64,000 bases of DNA from Lama guanicoe (GCA_013239625.1 MU053758.1:2728001-2792000), one strand, 5' to 3'. Shown: positions 39,406 to 52,530, counted from the first letter of the stretch. Made by a program: numbers and translations. Notes: a model not told the origin generated them from the sequence alone.

Positions 39406-39700
39406 CCAGCAGCAGGCACGTTGAGCTCCGTGCGCCTGCGTAAAGCCAAGGCTGTCGGGATATGTAGTCCGCCGGCAAAGTGGGCGGACTGCGAATATTT
39501 CCCCTTTTCCGCCTTGCAAAAGCTGTGGCTGGGGCCGGGGTGGAGCTGAGCGCCATGTGGGGTGGGGTGCGCTAAAGAGTCAGGGTGGCGCGTTTGGAAA
39601 GCCTGTATGGCAGAGGCATGTGAATTCCCGGGGAGGAACTGGCAAGCTTGGCTTATCCCTGGGAAATCAAAACTAACAGCCCCTTTCTGCAAACCTTGAA

Positions 39701-39719
39701 AACGTGAGGGCTTCACGTG
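39701..39719. promoter_or_regulatory. NR1D1: Tandem E'/E-box (CLOCK:BMAL1 type)
   Basis: AACGTG, 7-nt spacer, CACGTG. Confidence 0.75.
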
Positions 39720-41907
39720 ATTGCACGACTGACCGACCTGCCTTGAGGTTACTGGTGACTTGAGAGAGATGACAAGTAGGAGAGGGAGATATCCCCACCG
39801 TCAGGAGCTTAAGCTGAACTTCTGCAGCAGCACCAAGTCCTGAGACAGAAAGGAAATGTGGCCCCTTTTCTTTTCTGGTCCCCTTTAGGGAGAACACCTT
39901 TAGGAAAAGGAGTTACCATGGGGGTGAAGATGTCCCTGGGGACTCCCTGTTTGCTTGTATGACACCATCCCACCCACTCGAAGTGGCTTTGGGGTGAGTC
40001 ATTTCCCTTTGTCTAGGAAATAAAAAGGACCAGGGAGGGGAACTTTGTGGTGAAAGTGCTTTGAGGTTCTAAAGTAAAGGGGCCAGAGGTAAGGCAGGGG
40101 CCTGGAGGCAGAATAACACCCCCGCCCCGCCCCCTCCAGTGCTTAAGGGTAGCGTGGATTCCAGAGAAGAGAACACAAAGACCATCTTAACTGCCCCTCC
40201 TTTACTGATGAGGGAAATGAGGCTTAGCAGAAGTGATTGGCCCAAGGTCAGACATCCCTTGCTGGTTTCATTTGCCCACCATCAGGGAGGTGGGCTGATA
40301 CAAAAATAAAACACTGAACTGGGGCTAGAAACAGCCAGCATTTCCCTTCAGAGGAACAACTGCCCCATTTGTGAAAATGGGGCCTCCAGCAGAGGTCTAT
40401 CCTGTTTGAGGACTTGGGTTGCAGGGAGAAAGGGGAGACTCTTCTTTAAGCAGCCAAATGAACCTGGACCACCTGCTAATTCCTCCTCAGTCCCACTGCT
40501 TCTAGGGAGGGGGTTGGTTGGTTGGTTGGTTTGCTTGTTTGTTTTGGTTTTTGGTTTTCATACAGGAAGCCCTTCTCCACTTGTTCACAGACAGCTCCTG
40601 GGACCGCATTGATGGATGCCTGGAAACACAACAGCCATCAAAGAGGTAGAGGAAAGGATGGGTATGGACTTGAAGGAAGGAGTAAGCTGGGTAAGTGAGG
40701 GAGTAAGTAAGCTGAGAGGGCTGTGAGGGTGACCGAAGCGGGTGGGGGGGGACTGAACAGGTGGCCTGACCACTCACTGACCCTCTGACTGCCAAGGGAA
40801 GGCAGCTCCCTAGAATGGCCTGGGATTTTGCTTTGTTCCCTTGCCCCCAAGAAAAGCAGGAGAGACAGGACAGTGGGCTCGTCCCTGGCCTGCCCTGGCC
40901 CTCTGGCCCAGAGCTGGGAAGCTGCCACAGAGCATGGGAGGGCCTGGGAGGGGCTAGGACAAACAAGGAAAAAGGCTTTTCAGGAAAACTTGGTTCTGAA
41001 GTTGGCCTCCACCCCCTCTCACTCCTCACTCCTCCCTCCACCCCCTCTCCCTCCTCCCGCTGGAGGGAAAGCTGGGAGGCGAGCCACCATGTCCAGCGCT
41101 GCTCACTGCGCCCTTCCAGATTCTCCATCAGAGCCAGGGCCAGCACCCAGGGACCTGCCAGGGCTAGACTTAAAATCAAGGACCTTGGCATGACCTCTAG
41201 CTCCCCACCAGCCCCAGCACCCCCACGGGCACACTCCCTTTAGTTGCCCTGTTTGGCAACTAGGGCTCTGTTTGCTGCTGTGGTGGTGACCCTGTCCACC
41301 CCTTGTTCGACTAGCTGGTGTTTATCCCTGTAGGGGGAGGGCCAGGGGTCAAGCCTCCCTCCCTGAGTTTACAGCCTGTGAGAGGGAGGAGGAAGCAGAG
41401 GCAGCAGAGCTGAAATGCAGTCAGCCTAACTCTTGGCAAGAAGCTGGGTTGTTTTGCAGTCTGTGTGAGGTATGAAGGCGGAGGCTGGGAGGAGGAGGCA
41501 GAGCAGGGGGGTTACTTCTGCTCCCTCCTTTCTCTGCACTTCTTATGGGGCCCTTCCTTTTCTCCCTGACAAAGAAGTAACTTTGGGATCTTCCTTCTAT
41601 GACTGGAGAGAAAGCTACAGAATGATAAAGAAGCAGGACTCTCCCTAGGCTCCAGAAGCTTCTATCTATTCACCCTGCTCCTTTCTCTGTCAGCAGCTGC
41701 TGGGAGAATGGGAGAAGGACAGAGGCTCAGGGACCCAGAGCCACCAAAGGGAGGGAGAAAAGGGTGGGTTGTTTGGTCTTTGGGGACCTGGAGTAGAATC
41801 TAGCTTTGGCCGCTCTTTGACCTCAACCTTGACCTTAAGACAACAGATGCATCTCAGCCCAGCCTCCCACCGCCCCCCCACCCGCAGCAGCTGGACATTC
41901 CAGTTCT

Positions 41908-41931
41908 ACACACACACACACACACACACAC
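41908..41931. repeat. (AC)n microsatellite
   Basis: Read directly. Confidence 0.9.
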
Positions 41932-42884
41932 TATATCCCCCATAGCCAAATTCAACCCAAGAAGGAAGTGGACCTTTAACAAACAGTGCTCAGATTGGAA
42001 GCATGGGGAACGGATGCATATCTAAGACCCGGCCCAGCAAAGCACTACTCTGGTTCCATGTTGCCTCCACTTCCACTCCAATTCCTCAGAGGCTGGGATT
42101 CTGGGAACTAGCCTCACCATTTATAGGCAGACTTGGATCCTGTGTATGTGTATACATTTCCAACTATGTCTTTAATTCTCTTGGGGAGGACAGCAGAGAC
42201 CTAGGAAGGGAAGAGAGTGTAAGAGCTCTAAGCTCTGGCCAGAGTGTGTGTGTGTGATCGTATGACTGTGAGTGAGAGACTGCATGTGTGAGTGTGTTAG
42301 TGTGAATGTTAGGAGTGTGTGTGGCAGTGTGTGTTTCATCCAAGATGTATTCTCCTTGTCAGTAGGTTGTTCTAGGTAACAGGGCAACACCCTGTGCAAA
42401 TCCTGGGTGGCCTAGATTGTTGGCCGACTGCTTGACTGACTGACTGACTGGGGTGGGTCTTTGCTGGAAACCAGGTCAGGCTTCAGTAGGTGCCTTCCTT
42501 TCCCTCTTCTTTCTCACCAAGCGAACCATGGCCCAGGGAAATAACCTGCCTGCCCAGGTGATGCTAACCTAGATCAGAAGCCCTGGGTATGCCCCAAACT
42601 CAGGGAAGCAGCCCTGTGCCTGGAAGAGACTCATTCCCTGCCCTCCTAGATTCTTTTCCTGTTGTCTAAAAAGCCAGCCAGCTTTCCCTAACCCAGCCAA
42701 AGCTTAGACCTCTTGGGGGAGAATTTCAAGAGCATGAAAGCAGGAGGGTCAAAGTCTGAGTTAATTTGTTCTTAAGGAGAGATGGAAAAAGGGAGGATGA
42801 AGCATGATCCAGGGCTGGGTTCGATGGATGTGTTTTGCCTCAGTTTCTATCTTGACCTCACTACTCCTTTTTCCAACGAAAGGA

Positions 42885-43050
42885 AATAATAAATATGTAT
42901 TAAGTACCAACTATATGCCAGGCACTGGGCTGTGTGTTACACATGTTATTTCACTGAATAGCCACAAAAACCCTATGCCATGGGTCTTGTTCTTATTTTA
43001 AAGATAGGGAATCTGAGACTTGGAGATGTTTATTAACTGGCCCAGGGTGC
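42885..43050 (-). mobile_element. MIR SINE remnant
   Basis: tattaagtaccaactatatgccaggcactgggct...tttaaagataggaatctgagacttggaga-like antisense MIR core. Confidence 0.7.
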
Positions 43051-43710
43051 TCCAGAGACTAGGCGGTTTGTCTTGAAGCTGTATTTGAAGGGAAGTGCTT
43101 AAGATTGAGAGGATGCCATATTCAAGAATGGTGGAGTTTATGGACATTTTTGGAGGAGCTAAAGCTCCCCCAGCTAACTCTTGGAACTACCGCTATCAAT
43201 GGCAGAATGAAAATGGCAATGTTGGGAATTCAACCCCAGGTCTGAGGATAAAACTCTTTCCACTAGCAGGACTGCCCTTCCTGGAGAGAATGATCATGCT
43301 AGATGGAATGTCTGAGCAACAGGCTCATCCTGGTGTTTCCTAAGCAATGATGGGACTGGAAGTGAGATGTGTCACCAAGAAGGGAAGCCTTGCTCCTGTC
43401 CCCACAAGTACCTTAGCTTCCCAGAACCTCCTACTTCAACCACATTTCTTCTCTCTTAAACTTCTCCCTCTCTCCCTCCAACATTCCCCTCTTCTGGTTA
43501 GGTAGAAGGGGGCCAGAATCGGGTGCAAAAAATAAATAACTTCCACAAAGATTGCTCAGAGGTGAGTAACTGAAGGAGGCCTCTGAACTCTTTTCTCTGC
43601 CTGACCCCCTGACTTTGGGATCTGTAGCTGGTGATGAAGGGAGAAGGGCACATAGGTCTGAGCCCCTTAAGTTGCTTTCTTCTAGGGGATGTATCAAGAA
43701 TGGATTGGTT

Positions 43711-43812
43711 GGGGGAGGGGATTTAGCTCAGTGGTAAAAATGTATGCTTAGCATGTGTGAGGTCCTGGGTTCAACTTCCTCCAATAAAAATAAATAAATA
43801 CACATTTTAAAA
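43711..43812 (+). mobile_element. tRNA-Ala-derived SINE (Vic-1-like)
   Basis: gggggaggggatttagctcagtggtaaaaatgtatgcttagcatgtgtgaggtcctgggttcaa plus A-rich tail; imperfect TSD aagaatggattggtt / aggaattgattggtt. Confidence 0.88.
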
Positions 43813-46362
43813 AGGAATTGATTGGTTCAATGACAGTATGGAAGGCCACCCCTAAGTTGTATAAGTTGTATAAATAGCCCTAAGGAAACAAACATCCTGC
43901 TTCCCCATTTACCTGCTTGAGAGGTGTGCACTTCTAAAAACAGCCCCTTGAAAGCCACCCACCATGGGTTGCTTCTTCAGCAGATGCTTTGTGGAGGCCA
44001 AAGGAGGACTCCCCTCTCAGAGCTCAGAATCCCAGAGAAATCACAGGGTCAGGGAGGTGACATGGACTGCCCTTGGCAGTGGGAGACTAAGCCTCAGGTT
44101 GCCCTCCTTCTGGCATGGGGTTCCTCCTCCTGGGTTAGGGGGCAGTGGCATCCAGCACATGATATGCCAAGGCCATCCTGTCCAACCTTTGCTGCTGGAG
44201 CCCGCTGGTAGTGTCACCTTCCAGATCCCTACACCTACCCAGTGGCTGTCCTTGAGCCTCTGTAAGACAGAAACACAGGGGAATGTGTATGGGGAGTGTG
44301 TGTTTAGGGCAGGGATCTGTGTGCCTGCCTCCATCTCCACCCCTTACCCCAAGCTCTAGCTCAAACCCTCTTGTTGACCAGCATCTCCCCACTCCTTGGG
44401 CCTCTGCAGGTCTCCATGCAGCTGCCTGGGGAGGCCAGAGGCTCATGACAGTCCTCGTGAGCAGGATGGACCTTGGAGGAGCTGTGACCTGGGCAGGCAT
44501 TAGGGGCTGTGTGTAGCTTCTGGGAGGCTTACATAAACAGTGGCTGGGATGGGGAGGGAAAAAGGGATGCAAGGGGCTGCCCAGGAAGCAAAAAGCGACT
44601 CCCGCCCCGCCAGTGCCGTCTGAGTGGAAAGAAGAAACAAGGCTGATTTTCCCTCCTCCCATCCTTCTCCCCTGGTCCGCAGCTGTTAGTTAGGCTGGAA
44701 AGACTGCAGTATCTTGGGGGAGGGGGGCAGAGGAAGGAGAGAGAGAGGATGCGACTTCACAAATTTAGGATCCCTCCCCTTTCTCTAAATTGGGGGTGGG
44801 GGTGGGGCGAGCAATTTGCCAAAGAGATTTTCAATGCCGCAGGAAGGAGCTTTGGCTCATTAGAATGCGCAGTTTGCACCCTGAAAAAAAAAAATCTGTG
44901 CTGGTTGCAAAACTGCAGACGTGTGTAGGGGCCCAGCAGAGAATCAAAAAAAAAAAAAAAGCGCTAGCTCTGCAATGCAGGATCTGCGAAGTTTTGGTGT
45001 GGTGAGGAAATGTGGGTCGTGCTCATTTCATTTGCTTGTTCCTGCTAACCTACTGTCCGCCTGACTCCAGCACAGTCTCACATCCCAGTAAAAGGCACTG
45101 CTGCTTACAAATAGGGTCACGGGCGGGGGGGCCGGAGCAGAGGGCTGGAAGCCGGGGTCTGGGGCTAGAATGCAGAAAGGACTCTCTGGGGCTGGGAGGG
45201 CCAGGCGGATGGGAGGGGACACTTCCATGAGGGATGGAGGCTGAGCTTGTCTTGCGCATGGAAGAGTTTGTTCTCCAGCTGGATGGGGAAAGTGTGAAGT
45301 TTTTCCAGCTCTCACCCCACCCCCCCCACCCCCAAAGTCCACTAACCCCACAGACCACTGCTGCAGGAAGATTCCTTGCTTCCTGTCCCTGACCCCACAA
45401 GTTCCTGAACTCTCCTGGTTCTAATCCTGGAATGGGCATCTCTGTATGGCATTCTCCTTCCTAGAAAGAGGGGACCAGGCAACCTGATATGGGGGGGAGC
45501 CCACGCTGCGGGGAAACCGAGTCTTGACCCTCAGCGGCCATTAGCACATTGGCTGGAGGCTGGAGTGGGCACTTTGTGCTCGTGGCTTGGGGAGATCCTT
45601 TGTTTATTTGGGGCCTAGAGCTCTGGCTTGTGTAAATGCCAAGGGGCTGCCTGGGAGGAAAATCTGCCTGGGGGAACCATGTTTCTTTCCTGGGTATTTG
45701 TTCCTCTGGAGGCTTGGGATAGACAGAAGGAGAAAGAAGCAGGATTAAGAGCCAGGAGACGGGTGAAGGGAGCCCAGTGCCCTGCCACTCCTTCCCCATC
45801 TTTCCTCCTGTTTCTCTGGCCGGTAGAGGACAGGGCCCAGTGTGTCTGTGCCGGCTCGAGGCTCACGCGGGCTGCTGGGGTCACATGGGCCGGGCATGTG
45901 CAGCCTGCTCCATTTCTACCACAACAACTCGCTCATAAACAGCCGGCTGTGGCGGCGGTGGCGGCGGAGACATGTGCAAGCGAGGGGGTGGGGCACGTGG
46001 CCCTGCCCGAGCCAAGGGAAGGCGCTCGCTCAGCACGGCCTCTCCCCTCCCCACGCTGGCGCTGCCTCGCTACAGGAAATTCCTAGTGCTCCGTTGCTGC
46101 TGCAAAACATGTTTTGGGGAAGTGACTTTCAATAAGGATGGAGTCGATGGAAAGAGACAGAATGGATATCTAGTCTGAGACTAACTTCTGCTTGCTCTTG
46201 CCCTGTCTTCTTTGGATCCCTGTACATGACAGGTGGAGGGCTGAGCAGGAGTCATGTGTTGCCCATTCTTACCTGCTTCTTCCTCCTAAACGATATAAAC
46301 CTGGAGCCAACCAGGTCCCCATGGTGAGCACAGGGGTAAGGGGCTGTGGATTCCCTAAGAAA

Positions 46363-46541
46363 TGGTTCTCAGGACCCACTGGTGGTCCCAGAATTAATGG
46401 TGGGGTCAGCATCACCAGAGCACCTGTTAGAAATGCAAATTCTCAGGCTCACTGAATCAGAAACTCTGGAGGTAGAGACCCATAGTGTGAGTTTCAACAA
46501 GCAAGGTGCTTCTGATTCATGGTGAGGTCCTAGGACCACTC
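46363..46541. mobile_element. MER5A-like MITE
   Basis: tggttctca...tcagcatcacc...cctgttagaaatgcaaattctcagg...actgaatcagaaactctgg...aggaccact. Confidence 0.7.
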
Positions 46542-46884
46542 TGGGTTTTTGTTCCCTAGCAATCAGTCCTGTAGGGGAATCTGGGGAAGGTGTACCTTCT
46601 CCCTCTGTGCTTCTTTATCTCAAAATTTAGCCAGAGAGCATAATCAGATGCAGTCTGACTTAGTGTAAAATGCATTTATTGAGTGCCTACTGTGTGCAAG
46701 GATTCTGGAAATAAGAGCAAATGAGTAGTGGGAGGATGAGGAGCTGAGACTTGAAAAGGGAGGGTAAGGTACTGGGGGGAGAATGAGGGGAAGAGAAGGC
46801 TAAGATGGTGATTATATATCCTTTCTCCATCTTACCTACTTTCCCCCCTTATCCTGAGGCTCCTAAAGAACAACTGATTGTATT

Positions 46885-47000
46885 GGGGGAGGGTAGAGCT
46901 CAGTGGTAGAGCACATGCTTAGCATGCATGAGGTCCTGGGTTCAATTCCCCAGTACCTCCATTAAAAACAAAACAAACAAATAAACAAAAAAAAACCCCA
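46885..47000 (+). mobile_element. tRNA-Ala-derived SINE (Vic-1-like), best-preserved copy
   Basis: ggggagggtagagctcagtggtagagcacatgcttagcatgcatgaggtcctgggttcaattccccagtacctcca with A and B boxes; A tail; TSD acaactgattgt / acaactaattgt. Confidence 0.92.
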
Positions 47001-48516
47001 CAACTAATTGTGGCTTAAACTGCTTTGAGGCTAGAGGTAGAAATTGGCCCCTTGCCTATTTTTGCTGGCCATAGGGCTCCCAAGCTAGTTATGGCCATAA
47101 GTCCTTGACTTCCCATACAAACCTAGAGAATGTGAGCACCAGGCGCACACATACAAACACACACTCCTTGGGATCTCAGGGGAACGAGGTAGAGAAAGCC
47201 AAGAAAAGGAATGAGGTCCCAGAGGGTTGGAAGTACCCTGGTCAAAATGAGTTTAACAGATAACAACCAGGAAGAGTCTTTCAATGGGGGAGGGTGGGGA
47301 CAACCCTGGCCTTCTCTAGCTTCCTGAGACCCAGAGGAAGCAGAGGATCTCTTAGGCAAATCACAAAGGCTCCTGAGAATGAAATCTGAGCCTTGAAAGC
47401 AAAGTGACTGGAGAATGGGGGAAGGACACCAGAACAGAAGGGTTCCCTTACACAGGCAGACAGGGCAAGGGTGGGGCATGGGAGGGAAAGTCAGGGATGG
47501 GGCCATGTTCAGCCCTTCTCCTCTGGCCTTCCCTCCTCCATCACAAGCAGCCTCTCAGAAACAGAGCTCCCATCCCTGTCTCAAGTGTGACCAGCTGACT
47601 CCTGGCCTCTCCATGCGTCATTCTTTAAGGAATATGCTTTTCTCTGATTCTCATAGAGCTCCTTTCTCTCACTTCTCTGCAAGGTTTCCTCTCTGTGTCT
47701 GAAAGGCTCTGGGCTCAAGGAGCAGACAGCCCTGCAGGCTCAGCTGCAGTGACCTACATCGGCTCTCCCCTAGGCCCTGGGCGTGGGGGCTGAGGTTTCA
47801 AGATAGGAACTTGGGAATCTGGCACAGATCTACAGATGATGATTTCAGGGAGACAGGCTGCAAAAGCTGCACTGAGAACCACGAGGTAGGGGGCGCCGCA
47901 GGACTGAGTTCTCACTTTGTCATTTGTTGACAATATCAGAAGACCCTCCAAGTCCCAAATGCAAAAACATTTCTGAGCAGTGACCCCTTGGATAGGAGCC
48001 AGGGGTCGCTGACAGGCCTGGTCTCTACTCTGTAGATTTGGGTGTAGTTTCTGCTCACTGACCCATCCTCACTGAACCCACCCCAGTCGGCTACAGCCAG
48101 CTGGGAAGATTTCCTTGGCCTTGATGTAGACCAGTGAGTTCAGATTTCAACTGACTTATTTCAGGAACACGGAGGCTGAGCAGAGGTAGTCAGATATGCA
48201 GTCAGATAGAGACTCACGTACTTAATTAGACCCAACGGTTCTGAGAAGGATCCAGAAGGAGCCCCAGGACCGAATTACCATTTACAAAACCTTTACCTCA
48301 GGAGAGGCAGCTGAACCTCTCCTTCCAGCTTACAGGCCTTCTGAAACAGGGAAGGCAGGTTCTAAAATAGGTCCCCCCGCCCCCCACTATAAACCAGTGT
48401 TAGGATGCCCACCACCTCCAGATTGTGGATGTTTTGCCCTGGCAAGGAAATCCTATTGTAGGGAGAGGAAATTATGTGGTGGTGACAGAGAATGATAGAT
48501 GAGCCTTTTGCTTAGC

Positions 48517-48567
48517 AGAGAGAGAGAGACAGACAGAGAGGGAGACACAGAGAGGGAGGGAGGGAGG

Positions 48568-48599
<32 letters not shown>

Positions 48600-48625
48600 G
48601 AGACAGAGAGAGCGCGCGCGCGCGC
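48517..48625. repeat. (GA)n/(GAGACA)n tract followed by (GC)7
   Basis: Read directly. Confidence 0.9.
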
Positions 48626-49348
48626 AGGCTATGTAGGATTGGGTGGCTCTCTTGTCCAAAGGGCTTCCCCTTGGCCAAGCCCCACCCCAAAGCCCAGGAA
48701 GTCCAGAGCTTGGCACCCAGCCAGGGTGAGAACATTCCTCAGGACTCTGACAGGCTGTGGGGGATGGTGGTGTTCCTACCACGAGGGTGGGGGAGGGGAA
48801 GGAAACGCGCAGGAGAGGAAATGACCGCGGAGACGAGGATAAGAGGTGGAGAACGAATTCCTAGACCTACGAGTCTCTTCTACAGAGAAGGGCTGAGGCT
48901 GGATGTCTTCCCAACGGCCATGCGCAGGGTCTGCTTCTTCAGAGCAAATGACCCCTAGGTCACCTCTCTGTTCAGGGTCACCACTGACGTCCCAAACTGT
49001 CCTCTGGAGGTTCTCTCTCTCCCCGCTCCCTAACTCTGGGACTGTGGTTGAGCTCGGGAGCCCCCGAGTGGCGAAAATCTGGAACTGCAGCTGGACTAGG
49101 AGAGGAACCCAACGGGTCTCCGTCAGTCTCTCCCCTGGGGCCCCTCCCTTTTCCTCCACTAGGCCCAGGACTCTGGAAATAGCACCTGGTAATGGGAGCA
49201 CTGACAGATGCTGAGTTATAGGACAGCAAGTGTCCCTAGTCCTTCACGTTCTAGCTTGATTGCTTTGAAGCTATTTCCCTTGAAAATAGGTGCCCTAGGA
49301 CTCCTGCCCCTGGGTAGTGTGCTTCTTGGCTACAATGCACTCCTCTTC

Positions 49349-49450
49349 GGGGGAGGTGGGTATAGCTCATTAATAGAGCACGTGCTTAGCATGCACAAGG
49401 TCCTGGGTTCAATCTCCATTAAACTAAATAAACCTAATTACCCCCCCCAA
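49349..49450 (+). mobile_element. tRNA-Ala-derived SINE (Vic-1-like)
   Basis: gggtatagctcattaatagagcacgtgcttagcatgcacaaggtcctgggttcaatc...taaataaacctaattacccccc; same tail as the copy at 370-482. Confidence 0.85.
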
Positions 49451-51939
49451 CTTTAAGGTCCCCTTGCTTGTGCCCCAAGATTTGTAGCTCTTGGGCTATC
49501 TACTATTGATGATATCTATGTCTTTGGAGGGACAAATGACCCTGACAATTCTGACTTTAAATTTACCCTTCCTTCTCTGAGCTCTGCCCGATGTACATCT
49601 CTTTCTCCAATCACCTACCTTCCATCACCCCAGTTCCCTCTCCAGTCTTTCAACCTTACATCTCATGTGGAGAAAAGGAGTGGGAAGGAAAATGGATAAA
49701 GACTAGGTCAGAATTTTTCCCAAAGAAAACAGTTTCCCTCTGTTTAGCTTCGCTTGACCTATTTTCTAGCTTTCCCTGGTTAGCCCCCTTGCTCTACATC
49801 AAGCCTCCTCACTGGACTAATTTTTGCTGTCCTGCTCTCTCCCCCCTTCCTCCAGCATGACCTCCCAGGGCTCTTCCCATCCAGGATAGATGTTTCTAAC
49901 GCTGAGATAGGAGGATTCTCCACTTGGGAAATAATTTGTCAGCTTGAGGAAACTGAGCCCATAGAGGAAGAACTGCTTCCAGTGTTGGGGAGGGAGAGGT
50001 GATGGAGGAGGTTAAGTAGCAGAACACTCGCCCTGGGAGAGGTCACATTCCCGTTTTCCAGCCCATAATGAAAGAACTTGCCCGGTATCCGGGGGATCTC
50101 AAAGAGCTCGGCCAACATCATTAAGAGCTTTGGGGGAAATGGATTTGGAGTAGAGGTAATCAACTTCGCAGGTAGGGATTAAAGCTCTACCCACCTCCAC
50201 CTCCAAAGCAGTTTTCTTTAATGATATCCATCCTCTTCAATTTGCCTTATCTTTGAATTGTATGATTCTTAAAGTTATTAACCAGGGAGTTATGTGGGTT
50301 TGAAATCATTTTAAGCAGAGGCAGCCACGTTTCCCTATTGTACTCCAGCACTCCACTTTGCTCTCCTCTCCAGGCTGCTGCTCCACATTCACCCTGAAGG
50401 GGGCACTTTTGTTCAGCCGTTAGTTGGTGCCAGAGAAAAAGGAGCCCCAGAAAGGAAACATAACAATTGGTCACGTGTTGGGGGTGGGGTCCTCGCAGAG
50501 GTTGCTGGGACAGGGAAGGGAGGGCCACGTGGAGTAGGCGGGACTCGCTGAAAGTTTTGGCGGGGCTGGCAAAGGGAGAGAAATACCCAAATTTGAGTTG
50601 TGATTTTTTTAAGGGAAAAAAAAAAAAAGAAGCCTGCAGGGAGGGTGTGCCCTGCCCTCGGAGAGGCCCCAGCAGAGGGAAGAAGGGGAGCAGCACACGA
50701 GCATCCTGCTCGCAGAGGCCTGGAACGCATGGCAGGGTTTCTGCCAGAAAGAGCTCTTGAGCCGGGGCGGGCTTCAGAGCCGGAAACCTCTGTGGCTCCA
50801 TGCTGGTTTCCCATCCCCCCATCCTCCCGAAGAAGGGAAAGGTGGCCTCTCCATCCGTGGTCTTGTTTCAGTGCCATGTGGAGCTGGGCTCATGCCAGCC
50901 ACGCAACTCTACTCTTTATTTACCTTTCCAAGAATCTCAGGAAGCCGCCCAGATGAGTCCTCTCTCTGGGAAGAAGCCAAAACAAGTCTCTCTTTACTGC
51001 CTAGTTCTGCCCCACTATTAGCAGGAAAACATAGCTTCATGCAGTCTTAAAAATGATCTATTTCAGTTTTCTTTTTGGTTTGGGGAAACCAAGACCTAAA
51101 CTGGTAAAAGGGCTTGCTACATGCTCTTTCCACATCATAGGCATTCCCTTCAAAGAATGTAGGTCAGAGAAATGGAATTCTGTCACTCTAAAAGCCTTAG
51201 AGGAACAGTGAAAAGTGCTGGCTTTAACTCCACCTGTCTGCATGGCCAGAGGGCAAATGGGAATGGTCATTATCCCTTTAGGGATGAAATAGGCAGAGAA
51301 TTGTTTTAGAGACTTGACTTAGGGGTCCTATGGTTTTCTTGCGGCTCCCTCTCAGTTAGTTACAGGTCCACTTTCTCCCTCTTGGCCTTTACTCTTTGAG
51401 AGCTCATGTCCTTATGTGTCTTAGTTCAGAGATTACCATAGTTTAAAACCTAATGGCTTGGAAGCAAGAATTCTCTTCCTTTTTTACAGAGCTGCTTTTC
51501 CCAGTTTTCTGGTGGTTTATCCACCTCATCCTGTGAATTGAGACCAAGAAGATCAAACCTCTAGTCTAAAATTCCAGCCTGGCTTTAGGGGAGAAAAGCA
51601 TGTTTACTTAGTCTGGAGCAGTGAAATACTACACTTCGGATTTCAGAACTGTAAAGTTTTCAGGAAAAAAAAAAAATGTGGGGGACTGATGATGTAGGAT
51701 TGCCAGCTTTTTATTTTGCCAAGTAAGGACATTACAAAGCTACCATCAACAAATGCTGTTTCCTATCACCATCATTTCACAAAAGAAAGTCCGTTTGAAC
51801 ATACACAAAATAGGATGTGATCTCTGAATAAACAACAGTACTAAGCCACCCTGCATTAATTTACATGGGTACATACAGTGCGATTTTTGTTTTCATTTTC
51901 TTGTAGTTGGGCTTGAGTTTGGTTTACGGGTCGCTAAAC

Positions 51940-52345
51940 CAGTGGTAGACAAACTACAGTCTGAGTGCCAAATGCAGCCCAATGCCTGTTTTTCTATGTG
52001 TCATCAACTGAGAATAAGCTCAGTGTTTTTTAAATAGTTGAAAATCTAAACGAGTAGTTCATGACGTATGAAAACATATGAAATTCAACCTTCAGTGTCC
52101 CTCAATAGAATTTTATAAAATGATGCTCACAGTCTCACACCAGAGCCTTTACTTTTAACCACTGAGTTGCCACCTGTCATTCCCTCTAAATTCCCACACC
52201 CCTAGACCTTAACCACTCATCAGCCGCACTGGTTCGTTTACACATTGTCTTTTGTGCTATGACAGAACTGAACAAGAGGCTCTATGGCTGTCAGAGCCTA
52301 AAAGATTTACTATCTGGCTCTTTAGGAAGAGGTCTGCTGGCTCCT
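51940..52345. mobile_element. MER58-like hAT element
   Basis: cagtggtagacaaactacag...ccaaatgcagcccaatgcctgtttt...gcctaaaagatttactatctggctcttta. Confidence 0.6.
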
Positions 52346-52360
52346 GATACAGACACCAAA

Positions 52361-52530
52361 GCAGTAGTTTTCAAACTTGACATGCATCAGACTCACCAAA
52401 GAGGGCTTGTTAAAACAGACTGCTTGAGTCCCACACCAGAGTTTCTGAATCATTAGGTATGGAGTGGGGCCTGAGAATTTGCATTTCTAATAAGTTCCCA
52501 GGTGATGCTGACCAAGGCTGTCCAGGGCCA
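52361..52530. mobile_element. MER5A-like MITE
   Basis: gcagtagttttcaaactt...tgcatcagactcacc...gggcttgttaaaacagac...gggcctgagaatttgcatttctaataagttcccaggtgatgctg. Confidence 0.75.

Noticed and set aside
40502..41191. 229-aa minus-strand ORF upstream of NR1D1 with a signal-peptide-like start
   Set aside because: No recognisable homology and its end runs into simple repeats; would need Ribo-seq or PhyloCSF support
46885..46962. tRNA-Ala(AGC) gene (also the other four copies)
   Set aside because: A-rich tails, target-site duplications, extra 5' G-rich bases and degenerate stems indicate SINEs
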